Below are positions 9,400 through 17,898 of a stretch of 64,000 bases of DNA, piece after piece. The DNA comes from an uncultured Christensenellaceae bacterium (lineage in GTDB: Bacteria > Bacillota > Clostridia > Christensenellales > UBA3700): NCBI GenBank assembly GCA_910588015.1, contig CAJUOK010000003.1, positions 48,193 through 112,192 on the forward strand, given 5' to 3'. The notes beneath the pieces were generated by a model. The model worked only from the letters and a program-made list of their open reading frames with translations, did not search any database and was not told where the DNA came from. Numbering within the stretch: the first letter of the stretch is position 1; each line of letters opens with the position of its first letter. The translations under genes and the position numbers were made by a program.

Positions 9400-9615
9400 T
9401 CAGCTCACGGTGATACCGCTGAGTTTTGCCTGACCGATAGGCTTATCGCATATCATATCGGCGTACTTGACGAGAGTTGCACCGTAAGTTGCGCTGCCCG
9501 CCTTTTGCTTGATGACTTTGCCGTTGTCGCCCTCGAGCCACCGCTTGACCTGTGAGAAGTCTAAACAGAAATAAGGGCGATAGATAAAGGTAAAAACGGG
9601 CATCTCCCACCCCAT
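9400..9615 (-). CDS. Hypothetical small protein (71 aa or shorter); first gene of the late-like fragment.
   Basis: ORF in track; follows a strong terminator. Confidence 0.25.
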   Translation of the reverse strand: MGWEMPVFTFIYRPYFCLDFSQVKRWLEGDNGKVIKQKAGSATYGATLVKYADMICDKPIGQAKLSGITVS

Positions 9616-9621
9616 AAAAGT

Positions 9622-9652
9622 CTAGAAAAAACAAAAAAGGCTGCCCAAGGGA
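9622..9652 (-). terminator. Strong rho-independent terminator ending the cargo operon (minus strand: AGGCTGTCCC-TTG-GGCAGCCT followed by TTTTTTGTTTTTT).
   Basis: Read directly from the reverse complement of 9622-9652; it starts 17 nt after the stop of the 470-aa gene. Confidence 0.6.
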
Positions 9653-9668
9653 CAGCCTAAATTGTGAT

Positions 9669-11081
9669 TTATTTCTTATAAACAGAGAGAGTTTTCGTAA
9701 TATCGGAAGTGAGGTTTTTGCCACTCCTCTTTTTGTCGCTCGATGTTTTTGCCAAGCTGAACCAATATTTACTGCCTTTATAAACCAGTTTGTAGTGGGT
9801 ATTATCGCTCGTAATTTCAAACCCCACACGCTTTAATTCAGCCAGCTCTTTTGCGGAAAGTTCCTCGCCATCCGCAAAGACGGACTTTACCACATCGAGC
9901 ATTTCCTTGCCGTTTCCTATTATTTTATTATGCGCCAACAGGTCAGTTATAAGCTCTTTCTGCCGAGTGTCTTTTGAACCGCAGTTCGACAGTGCCTTCT
10001 GCAAAATCGACACAAGCAAATCGTGCTGTTCACCATCAAAGAACTCTGGAATGGATGAAGGTTCTATTATCGTCTGCACCGCTTCGCTTTTTGTGAGCGC
10101 AGTTTGGAGACTGTTGCACTTTGCGGTCAAAGACATATTTTCTTGAACCAAGGCAGCAATTCTCGCCTCCGCCTTTTTTAATTTTTCATCTAGGGTTTCG
10201 TTATCACCAAGTGCTTCTTCTGCCAAGGCTGCACTCTCTTTCGCTTCCTTTCGAACTTGCTCGGCGTGTAATGCTTCCCATGTAGGCGCATCCGTATCCA
10301 CGGCAGAAGTTACAAAACGCTGAACTTCATTTGCTATCTGCTTATCAAGGGGCGCGCCCAGGTATGCATTCCGCTTCCGAAACTGTCTAGGTCTTCCGCC
10401 CTTGGTGTAAATACAAACTGCACCATTGAAGGGTGTTGCGTGGTTTGCCCTATCTTTCAAAAGCCGAGTGTATTCGTTATCGCAAACCACCACATACGCA
10501 AACCCCGCAAGTTTCTTTGACAGCGTATATTCCTCTATTTCCGTTGCCCGTGTATCGAAGTATGTAGTAGCTAAAACCAACGGAAGCTCATCGTCATATT
10601 CTTCCCGTATTGCTCCCGCTATCCAGTCTATCAGCTCATTCGTAGGTTCAACGGGTTTTGAAGTTATAGGTACTTTCGGCTGTTTAAGGAAGCCGCTATC
10701 AACGAAGGAGCGTATAACATCCGTGCGCATCTCGGGAGCTTCGTCAAAACGAGTAGCATCACGGGAACAGTCAATGTGGAAATAAACTATCTTTCCAACG
10801 GAACTGCATTCAAAGATAATCTCCGTAGTCCAAGTCTGCTCGTGGAACACTTGAGCAATCTTGAAAAGCGTGTAAACTTTTCCGTCTTTTTCTATACGGG
10901 AAGTGTCCGCCGTGCAATACTCCGCTTCCAAGTGTACACCGATTTTATCAGCGCAGGCTTCAAGTTGCTCTGCCACTGCCTTGCACGGTCCAGCCTCTGT
11001 CAACCACTTATTAATAATATTGAAATACTCGCTTTCGGAAAAGGAGTCGACCATTTTAACTTTCGTAGAAACTACACGCAT
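9669..11081 (-). CDS. Hypothetical protein (470 aa), no recognisable domain; start overlaps the stop of the RNase III-like gene.
   Basis: ORF in track; acidic coiled-coil segment in the middle; last gene before the terminator. Confidence 0.5.
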   Translation of the reverse strand: MRVVSTKVKMVDSFSESEYFNIINKWLTEAGPCKAVAEQLEACADKIGVHLEAEYCTADTSRIEKDGKVYTLFKIAQVFHEQTWTTEIIFECSSVGKIVYFHIDCSRDATRFDEAPEMRTDVIRSFVDSGFLKQPKVPITSKPVEPTNELIDWIAGAIREEYDDELPLVLATTYFDTRATEIEEYTLSKKLAGFAYVVVCDNEYTRLLKDRANHATPFNGAVCIYTKGGRPRQFRKRNAYLGAPLDKQIANEVQRFVTSAVDTDAPTWEALHAEQVRKEAKESAALAEEALGDNETLDEKLKKAEARIAALVQENMSLTAKCNSLQTALTKSEAVQTIIEPSSIPEFFDGEQHDLLVSILQKALSNCGSKDTRQKELITDLLAHNKIIGNGKEMLDVVKSVFADGEELSAKELAELKRVGFEITSDNTHYKLVYKGSKYWFSLAKTSSDKKRSGKNLTSDITKTLSVYKK

Positions 11082-12137
11082 CAGTCGTTCCTCGCGTTCT
11101 CGTGATTAAGAATGGAGCGGAGCATTTCGTATGCGGCTAACCGTTTAGCTTCCTTTTTCGAGCTTGCTTCATCATAATAGCAATCTTCATATTCTTCAAT
11201 ACTACATTCGCAAGTCCATACGGGATTACCATCGTCATCGTGGTCTTCTTGGAACTCATAAATAGGAAAAGAGAAATACCCCTTTTGTGCAAGCTCCTGA
11301 AGCTGACTCACTGCCTTCTCGAGAGTGGGTTCATCAATTTCATCTTCCATCGTCCGAAGCAAACCTTGCTCGTCCAAGTAATCATACGCAAGCTCTGCCG
11401 CAGCCATTCTTGCCAGGCTCTTGGAATACCCAAAGCCAACAAACGGCGCACCATTATCTATGCGTAATTCACAAACGATATCCCCTTCGCCTTGCTCCAT
11501 ACGCCTTCTAGTTCCAACTTGTATAGAGCGCATATTGCAGTGATATTCATACCTTGAATTATAGAATTTATAAAACGGCAACTCTCCTACACGCTTCTGC
11601 TGCCACTGCTGAATAATGGAAACATAATCCTGGTCTGTGCCGAAGCCATTTTCCAAGTAACAATCAATGTGGAGCATCATTTCTACCGCATCTTGCATTG
11701 AATCCATATCCCAATCACTGTCAAGGGCAACTGCGCCGAGTATGGCTTCAAACAAGTCCTCTTTTACATTCGTTTTGGACATTATTTTTTCTGTCCCCCT
11801 TGCCCATTATCAAATAATCTGTAAAACCCATCTCATCAATGCGTTCTGCCAACATCTTACTTTCCACAAGGTGCTTCTTGAACTCCGTGAGCTTCCCCTC
11901 ATTGTGTTCACACTCGTACTCTTTGCCATCGTTGATTTCGCCGTAATACTCCGTCAAAACCTTAACGATTACCAAGTCGAGAACCTTATCGCCTATAAAC
12001 TCCAACACTTCATTGTTTTCGCCATCGTGCGTTTCTTGCGTATAACTTTTCCGCGTAAACGCTTGCTGCAACAACAATCTGTTCTTGAACTCGTACCCGA
12101 TTTGTGATTCAATTTCATCGTACTGTTCATCCTTCAT
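11081..12137 (-). pseudogene. rnc-like: RNase III homolog (catalytic domain plus two dsRBDs) split into two overlapping ORFs (11748..12137 and 11081..11782) by a frameshift at a T6/A6 homopolymer (11785-11790).
   Basis: N-ORF: IGYEFKNRLLLQQAFTRKSY...NEVLEFIGDKVLDLVIV is the RNase III signature, ending ...GKGDRKNNVQ. C-ORF: KEDLFEAILGAVALD is the second catalytic motif, followed by two dsRBD motifs (GFGYSKSLARMAAAELAYDYL and EASSKKEAKRLAAYEMLRSI). Removing one A from the A6 run joins the frames with the expected motif spacing. Confidence 0.6.
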
Positions 12138-12399
12138 AATAAAAATACCTCCTGTGTTTTTTCACAGAGGGCATAGAAAGAGCCTGACGAAATATAGACT
12201 ACGCCCTTGTAGCCTCGCCAGGCATCCACTCGATAAATGGTGTTATATAAATCACTCGTCCTTGATTCCAGTCACTTGCATAACAGGTCACAAATCCAAT
12301 ATGCTTTACATCCAACTATTTATGTCGCAATGCCTTCTCTGTACTTTCATTATATCAAACTCGACATAATCCGTCAAGGGGTATGTGCCATATTTCTCA

Positions 12400-12448
12400 A
12401 AATGTAAAAAAGTAAACGTCAAAGGAGTCGGCATTTCTGTCGACCCCT
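12400..12448 (-). terminator. Putative terminator after gene 12470..12949 (minus: AAGGGGTCG-loop-CGACTCCTT followed by a T-rich tract).
   Basis: Imperfect stem around the SalI site, followed by TGACGTTTACTTTTTTAC on the minus strand. Confidence 0.3.
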
Positions 12449-12469
12449 TCTTCATCTTTATGTATGACA

Positions 12470-12949
12470 TTAAAAGTATTCGATGCTGTCCAAGAACTCC
12501 TTAACGTTCGGCATTTCTAAAACCTCAAAGATAGTTTTAGAAAAACTTCCTTTCCTGTTTGCCATCAACTGAACGCTGACAGACACTTGGTTTTGGTTGA
12601 GTTTGTTGCGAGGGAAGTCATACCGTTCTTCGTACATATCACTGTATGCGCCACCATAATAATGCACCGATAACGCTGTACCCTTTCCGCGGGTAATAGG
12701 TTTGAAATCGCCTTTTATATGCAAATCGCAATCTCCTGCAAATTCCTCCATAGCTTCCTTTGCGGTCAACTCGGCATTTTCAAATTCTATGTCGATATAA
12801 ATTATTCCACCTTTTACTACCCGCTTATCCGACTTAAACTCTAGCAGATGCACTCCACAACCCGTAGGCTGAAGAGTAAGGTAAAAATCTTCGGGCAACG
12901 CAAACGAGATGTTTGATGCCACCAATTTACCATTTTTTACTCTTACCAT
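12470..12949 (-). CDS. Hypothetical protein (159 aa).
   Basis: ORF in track. Confidence 0.4.
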   Translation of the reverse strand: MVRVKNGKLVASNISFALPEDFYLTLQPTGCGVHLLEFKSDKRVVKGGIIYIDIEFENAELTAKEAMEEFAGDCDLHIKGDFKPITRGKGTALSVHYYGGAYSDMYEERYDFPRNKLNQNQVSVSVQLMANRKGSFSKTIFEVLEMPNVKEFLDSIEYF

Positions 12950-13094
12950 TTGTGATACTCCATTTTCGATAAAAACAGTCAGGGTTCGATATTCTTTCTC
13001 TTTCTGAAACTATCGCATTTTGATATAATTATTACAATCAGTATCTTCTCCCGCCGTCATTACTCTTTGGCGGCTTTTTTGCTGTTATCGAACG

Positions 13095-13337
13095 CTACAC
13101 AACTTCTGTGACAGTGAGTTGGAACACCTGCCCGTTTTCCATCCTCATCAACACACCCTTTGTGTTCTTCGCAAAAGTGCCGCAAAAATAGTCATCCAGC
13201 AACGGATAAATCTGCATTGCTAAATCAAACCCGTTGATTTTAGTACCTTGCATCGCTGTCTCAAACTGCTCTTTGTCTTCTTCGGTGTGAATGTAAGGTT
13301 TTCCTTCCATAACCTTTAACTCCTTAATTTTATTCAC
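13095..13337 (-). CDS. Hypothetical small protein (80 aa), divergent from the HTH regulator.
   Basis: ORF in track. Confidence 0.35.
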   Translation of the reverse strand: MNKIKELKVMEGKPYIHTEEDKEQFETAMQGTKINGFDLAMQIYPLLDDYFCGTFAKNTKGVLMRMENGQVFQLTVTEVV

Positions 13338-13360
13338 TTTTTTGCGCGCTTCAAGTGTAC

Positions 13361-13408
13361 TTCAATTATACTCTCCCATCGGCGTAACACGCAACTGAAA
13401 ATTGCGCA
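13361..13408. promoter_or_regulatory. Nested inverted repeats: a 9-bp perfect IR (CTCTCCCAT ... ATGGGAGAG) enclosing a CGCAA-N9-TTGCG IR. Candidate operator in the divergent promoter region.
   Basis: Read directly; located 38 nt upstream of the HTH regulator start. Confidence 0.4.
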
Positions 13409-13445
13409 AATGGGAGAGAATAAAATGTAGAAAAAGGACTAGTTT

Positions 13446-13889
13446 ATGGATAATTTGTCGAAACTCTCTGAAATGCTCGATTCGCTAATGTTCGAGCGCG
13501 AATTAAACCTTACGCAACTTGCCAAAGAAATAGGTATCGAAAAAGCAACCTTGAGCCGTTACCTTCACGCTTTAATGACGCCTTCCGTTGAAAATCTCGT
13601 GAAGTTAGCGGATTATTTTCAATGCACTACTGATTACCTATTGGGGAGAGAAAATGAAAACTATCCCTCTGCTTTCAAGCCGTGTCCACCGTTTTCAGAA
13701 CAGTTACTTGTATTGAAAAAACACTTTAACTGCCCTTGGTGGAATTTCTACAAAACCGCGCACATTTCAAGTTCTCGCTTTTATGAGTGGAAGAACGGCA
13801 AACGCACACCAACCCTAGATTGCATAATTTTTCTAGCAGATGGTTTCGGCTGCACTGTGGATTTCATCATTGGAAGAACGAAAATGTAA
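13446..13889 (+). CDS. Transcriptional regulator with two tandem XRE-type HTH domains.
   Basis: LTQLAKEIGIEKATLSRYLHA...VENLVKLADYFQCTTDYLLG, and a second HTH (ISSSRFYEWKNGKRTPTLDCIIFLADGFGCTVDFIIG). It is the only plus-strand gene inside the minus-strand island. Confidence 0.6.
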   Translation: MDNLSKLSEMLDSLMFERELNLTQLAKEIGIEKATLSRYLHALMTPSVENLVKLADYFQCTTDYLLGRENENYPSAFKPCPPFSEQLLVLKKHFNCPWWNFYKTAHISSSRFYEWKNGKRTPTLDCIIFLADGFGCTVDFIIGRTKM

Positions 13890-13901
13890 CTATAGATTTC
13901 T

Positions 13902-13950
13902 AGCCGTGATAAGGGGTGCTTAATCCTCTTACCACGGCTTTTCTTTCTAA
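13902..13950 (+). terminator. Rho-independent terminator after the HTH gene (AGCCGTG ... CACGGCT with a nested stem, then TTTTCTTTCT).
   Basis: Read directly. Confidence 0.45.
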
Positions 13951-14112
13951 TTCCCTTTCCACTCCACCAGATAAATCTGTATGCAGGCTGACATATAGGG
14001 CGGATGTTCCCTGTGGTTTCTTGGGCGTGGATATTTGCACTTACCACGCAGCTCCGGTGCCTTTGGAAAGGGTTATATACTCGCCGTGCAAAGCGAATAT
14101 AGCAAATTTTAC

Positions 14113-14283
14113 TTATCCATCACCTTCATTGACATTATCTTTTTTTTCGATTTCTTTATCAATCGCTTCATCGGCTTTCTTTCTGTTCATTTCCATAAAA
14201 ACTGACACAAGCAGGTCAACAAACGCTTCTTCCGAATTTGGATTATGAAACCGAAAATTAAATTGCTGTTTTTCCTTTTTCAT
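14113..14283 (-). CDS. Small ORF (56 aa), translationally coupled (ATGA) to the macrodomain gene stop.
   Basis: ATG at comp. 14281-14283 overlaps the TGA of the upstream gene. Below the 60-aa track cut-off. Product MKKEKQQFNFRFHNPNSEEAFVDLL... Confidence 0.25.
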   Translation of the reverse strand: MKKEKQQFNFRFHNPNSEEAFVDLLVSVFMEMNRKKADEAIDKEIEKKDNVNEGDG

Positions 14284-14762
14284 AATTTCCAAATTTCAAC
14301 CTGCCACTCATCTTCGGCAAACTCTTCTTCGATTATTCTCTGTACTTTTATCCAATCTCCGCCCGCAAGTCCACATCCAATATGGTCTGGAAATCCAATC
14401 TTAAACCCCTTGCCCCCAAACTTGCCGTGCGCTGAATTATAATCGTTGATTTCCGTTTTCAGCTCAATTAAGCATTTTCGGAAAGCATCGTAATCGGTAT
14501 GAATCACACCCCTGGGTCTATAATCAAACTGCGAATATAGATTAATAATGAAACGGAATTCTTGTTGAATATAAACTACATCAATCTTCCCGAGCCGATT
14601 CCCCTTGGAAGCAAACGAAGTCATAAAAACATCGTAAACCTGTGGATATTTATTTCGTATAGCTTTTGCGATGCCAGCGTTCATCACCCCTTTGCAGTTT
14701 ACCTGGTGGCATATTACATTGCAGTCGCTTGCAAGTAAATCTCCCCTTTTATACGAAACCAC
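14280..14762 (-). CDS. Macrodomain protein of the TARG1/OARD1/DarG type (ADP-ribosyl hydrolase-like), stand-alone.
   Basis: GDLLASDCNVICHQVNCKGVMNAGIAKAIRNKYPQV and IGFPDHIGCGLAGGDW align with TARG1 [27 protein letters not shown]...PRIGCGLDRL. The likely true start is a GTG at 14760-14762, 6 nt after an AAGGAGG RBS; the track ORF extends to 14828. Confidence 0.75.
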   Translation of the reverse strand: MVSYKRGDLLASDCNVICHQVNCKGVMNAGIAKAIRNKYPQVYDVFMTSFASKGNRLGKIDVVYIQQEFRFIINLYSQFDYRPRGVIHTDYDAFRKCLIELKTEINDYNSAHGKFGGKGFKIGFPDHIGCGLAGGDWIKVQRIIEEEFAEDEWQVEIWKL

Positions 14763-14763
14763 T

Positions 14764-15189
14764 TCAATCCTCCTTGGATTCCCACTCTTCTTTATAATAC
14801 CGAATATAGTCCGCCACAAGACGCGCATTAGTTGGCAATGCTGCCCTACACACCTTTTTAAATAGTTCTACGGCTCTTGCATCAAAACAAAAGCCCAGTA
14901 AGCCGTCCAGAAGCCTTGAGACTTCTTCCTCGTCCACTTTATCGCTTCTGCCCAAACGAAGGCACACGTTGGCAACTGTCGGCTCATAAAGCGACACAGC
15001 GGTTTCAACTAACCTTGACCTATTTTCTAGCAGCACTTTGATTTTATTAAGCGCCGTATAAAGACCATAGTTGAAATCGCTATCGGTTGCAGATGTGGAC
15101 TTTTCTCTTTCGATTTCTTGACTCAAATTTTCAAGTACACCAACTACTATTTTTATATTTTCATCTTGCATATTAACCTTGCCGATCAC
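14764..15189 (-). CDS. Hypothetical helical protein (141 aa), coupled to its neighbours.
   Basis: ORF in track; ATGA overlap with the upstream gene; stop is 1 nt before the macrodomain GTG. Confidence 0.4.
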   Translation of the reverse strand: MIGKVNMQDENIKIVVGVLENLSQEIEREKSTSATDSDFNYGLYTALNKIKVLLENRSRLVETAVSLYEPTVANVCLRLGRSDKVDEEEVSRLLDGLLGFCFDARAVELFKKVCRAALPTNARLVADYIRYYKEEWESKED

Positions 15190-15701
15190 CCGTGCAACAA
15201 CTTGTACACTGCATCGAATAAAACACCAAATGTCTCGTTCGTTAACGGGAGCGAAAGCACACGCTCCCCAATTTTGAATTCCACTTCAGATTTCGACTTA
15301 ACCTTTGCTCCTTCTCCAAACTGATGGTTTATCTCATCCAAGTAATCCACAAATGCTTCAAGTTCCTTTTGCTTTTCAATAGTTAGTCCTCGCATATTTT
15401 CTCCTCCATATTTCTTTTTTAATTCTTCAAATACAACTTCGCCGGGGATTAATCGCCCCGCTTTGACCTCATCCATTCCCTTCATTAATTTTTTGTATAA
15501 ATCCACCCGTTCCAAGACTTCCTCTGGCGGAAGTTTAATTGCGAACGGAATACTGCGTGTGTACACAACTTGATAAAGATAAACGGCTATTCCTGTATCA
15601 AGCGATAAGCCAAGCTCCGTGAATATTGTTTTCGCAAGCTCAAGCATATGCTTGTCAATTGTAAAAGTAGCCTTCGTTTTTTCGTTATCCTTCATTCTCA
15701 A
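15186..15701 (-). CDS. Protein with an N-terminal RelB/DinJ-type antitoxin domain and a C-terminal extension (171 aa).
   Basis: ATFTIDKHMLELAKTIFTELGLSLDTGIAVYLYQVVYTRSIPFAIKLP matches the RelB/DinJ ribbon-helix-helix consensus. No cognate toxin gene is adjacent. Confidence 0.5.
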   Translation of the reverse strand: MRMKDNEKTKATFTIDKHMLELAKTIFTELGLSLDTGIAVYLYQVVYTRSIPFAIKLPPEEVLERVDLYKKLMKGMDEVKAGRLIPGEVVFEELKKKYGGENMRGLTIEKQKELEAFVDYLDEINHQFGEGAKVKSKSEVEFKIGERVLSLPLTNETFGVLFDAVYKLLHG

Positions 15702-15987
15702 CCTCTCCTATAATCTCGAATTCCCCCTCGGAATATGTTACGGGACTGAATACAGATTTTCCAAACCCACTATTCCCCATTCGATGTAAATCAACTTCCT
15801 CGGCAACGAAAACTGGCACATATTGTGGGGTATTCTGCTCATACGGAAGAATGATTGCTGAAATCGAAACATAACCTTCAACGACTTTATAACCATCCGC
15901 ACTAACGGGTTCAGACGAAGTTGTGAAGGCATCTCGTGCCTTTACCCTTGCCCGATACTTTTTGATTGTCTTTCCATTAATCGTCAC
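15685..15987 (-). CDS. Hypothetical protein (100 aa).
   Basis: ORF in track; overlaps the downstream gene by 17 nt. Confidence 0.35.
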   Translation of the reverse strand: MTINGKTIKKYRARVKARDAFTTSSEPVSADGYKVVEGYVSISAIILPYEQNTPQYVPVFVAEEVDLHRMGNSGFGKSVFSPVTYSEGEFEIIGEVENEG

Positions 15988-15999
15988 TGCCGTACTCTC

Positions 16000-16665
16000 C
16001 TAATCGGTAATATAAATAAAGCATTTATCTCTGTTCCGCTCGTAAACGAGGAAAGGAATCTCCGCTTTAGCCAACATCTCGTTATTCACTTTTTCATAAT
16101 TGTAGGTTTGAAACCCAGGGTATAACTTTATCAATCTATCCCTTGCCTCTTTTGCGCAAAAGAAATCGGTTGTGTCATCTGCATCAAACAGCTCTTTGAA
16201 CTTGACAAGCAAGCACGGAATTTCAATGACCTCCATAAATCTCTGCTCTTCGTCAACACTGATACGCTCTTCCTTTTCGCCATCTACATAACAAATCTTT
16301 CTCCCATTCATCCAACGAAAATGAACCTTGTTAGATTTTATGCTCTCATCAGAGAACCCAAGAAACTTGTACATTTTTTCTCTGTTGATTTGGCTGATTT
16401 TTACTACCTTTTCCGAAAAAACATCCCTGGGGATTTTCGCTATGCTCTCATCCTTCAAATGAAACCGCATGATAGAATACGGGTTAAATTCGTCCCAATT
16501 ATGACCGTCTCCAAGCAATCGCTCATCATCGGAAACATTAAAATATTTAACCTTTTCCAATTCGGCTGCGGACAGCTTTTCAAATTTATAAATGTGGATA
16601 TCAACACTCATTTTTAATCGTCCTCCACGACAAGCACGTTGATAATTCCGCTGTAATAGGTACAA
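16000..16665 (-). CDS. Hypothetical protein (221 aa; the start may be the internal Met at about 16611).
   Basis: ORF in track. Confidence 0.4.
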   Translation of the reverse strand: MYLLQRNYQRACRGGRLKMSVDIHIYKFEKLSAAELEKVKYFNVSDDERLLGDGHNWDEFNPYSIMRFHLKDESIAKIPRDVFSEKVVKISQINREKMYKFLGFSDESIKSNKVHFRWMNGRKICYVDGEKEERISVDEEQRFMEVIEIPCLLVKFKELFDADDTTDFFCAKEARDRLIKLYPGFQTYNYEKVNNEMLAKAEIPFLVYERNRDKCFIYITD

Positions 16666-17435
16666 GCATCCAAAGCAACTAAACCTTCCTCGGTGTACGG
16701 CTCAAACGCCTTTTCCCAGTTCTTTCTGCTTTTGTTGGGGAACTCCTTATATTTCTGTAAAATGTGCGCCCATCCCCAGGAGCAATGCCAATGACCGCAA
16801 ACTATTGTCTTCCCAGGTTCTTTAATATTATGCTTGTGTGCAAGTTCCATCCCGTTAAACCAACGAGCCTCTTCCCACTGTTCTTCGCTTGCGCTTCGCC
16901 AGTCTGCGTTATACTTGTACTTCGTAGCCTTGGGATTATTAGGATACACGCTTTTTTCAACCATGCAAGGAATCCATCCGTGGACGAAAATATAATGCTC
17001 GGTTTCGAAGTAGTTTTTCATCGCCGGGATGATTGTTTTGATAAACGGCGTGTTCACCATTTTAGTTACAAATTTCAATGGGTTATGCATAACATCATAG
17101 TCCGACATTTTCACGAGCTGTTCGCAAGTGTCAATTGTGCCGTTGCTGTAATGATGCGAATCACGGAACCGAAAGGTATAAAATCCTATATTAATAATCA
17201 AATCAAGAATTAAGTCCTCGTGGTTGCCTTTAATAAGGATAACCTTGTCCATTTCCATCAGTTCCAATATGTACTTCTGAAGCTGAACCGCCTCGGGGCC
17301 TCTATCCATTAAATCCCCACAAACAATCAATTTATGGTTTTCATCTTTGGGGTTGAACCCTTTTTCATTCAGTGCGTTAATCAATTCATAATAATAGCCG
17401 TGAACATCGGCAACAACAAAATACTTCATTCTCAT
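16614..17435 (-). CDS. Calcineurin-like metallophosphoesterase, PPP-family Ser/Thr phosphatase (lambda-PPase-like).
   Basis: Motifs ADVHG, GDLMDRG and GNHE at canonical spacing. Confidence 0.7.
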   Translation of the reverse strand: MRMKYFVVADVHGYYYELINALNEKGFNPKDENHKLIVCGDLMDRGPEAVQLQKYILELMEMDKVILIKGNHEDLILDLIINIGFYTFRFRDSHHYSNGTIDTCEQLVKMSDYDVMHNPLKFVTKMVNTPFIKTIIPAMKNYFETEHYIFVHGWIPCMVEKSVYPNNPKATKYKYNADWRSASEEQWEEARWFNGMELAHKHNIKEPGKTIVCGHWHCSWGWAHILQKYKEFPNKSRKNWEKAFEPYTEEGLVALDACTYYSGIINVLVVEDD

Positions 17436-17439
17436 CCTT

Positions 17440-17898
17440 TCAATTCTTTATATCTTTAAAATTTCCATAGGTACATTTACTTGCACATTCTTTGCAATAA
17501 TAAGTAATATACCCCACAGACTCCTTCGTTGCTCTCTTTCCGCAAATGATGCAAGTTCGCCGTGAAAGCTCAACGTACCTTTTCTGCCAAGCGTAATATG
17601 CATTAGAAACCGATTCTGGGCAACCATTGTCATACCACCGCAAGGTTCCATATTTTTCTTTTATTTGAGTGATGCGATACACATCCAACCCGCCGCCTTT
17701 TACAAGGATTTCTTTGAGTTCTCTACACATCTGCAATCCAAAGGCAATACACCAACCATCTGGCAAATCATCTAGCTCGGTGTATGAATAATCGTAATCA
17801 TCCGGTACATTCCCCGTCCAACGATTCCGTGGCAATAGAAAAGGAAATTCCGCTATGAGAGCCTTATTCTCTTCAATTGCCTCCTTACCGCGCATCAC
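17440..17898 (-). CDS. Cys-rich hypothetical protein (152 aa).
   Basis: ORF in track; C-terminal CxxC...C...C cluster. Confidence 0.4.
   Translation of the reverse strand: MMRGKEAIEENKALIAEFPFLLPRNRWTGNVPDDYDYSYTELDDLPDGWCIAFGLQMCRELKEILVKGGGLDVYRITQIKEKYGTLRWYDNGCPESVSNAYYAWQKRYVELSRRTCIICGKRATKESVGYITYYCKECASKCTYGNFKDIKN

Noticed and set aside
13054-13085. Plus-strand hairpin plus T-tract (CCGCC-loop-GGCGG-CTTTTTTG) with no plus-strand gene upstream.
   Set aside because: It could terminate an unannotated short plus-strand transcript starting near a TTGATA/TAATTA box at about 13015. Evidence is too thin to call a gene.
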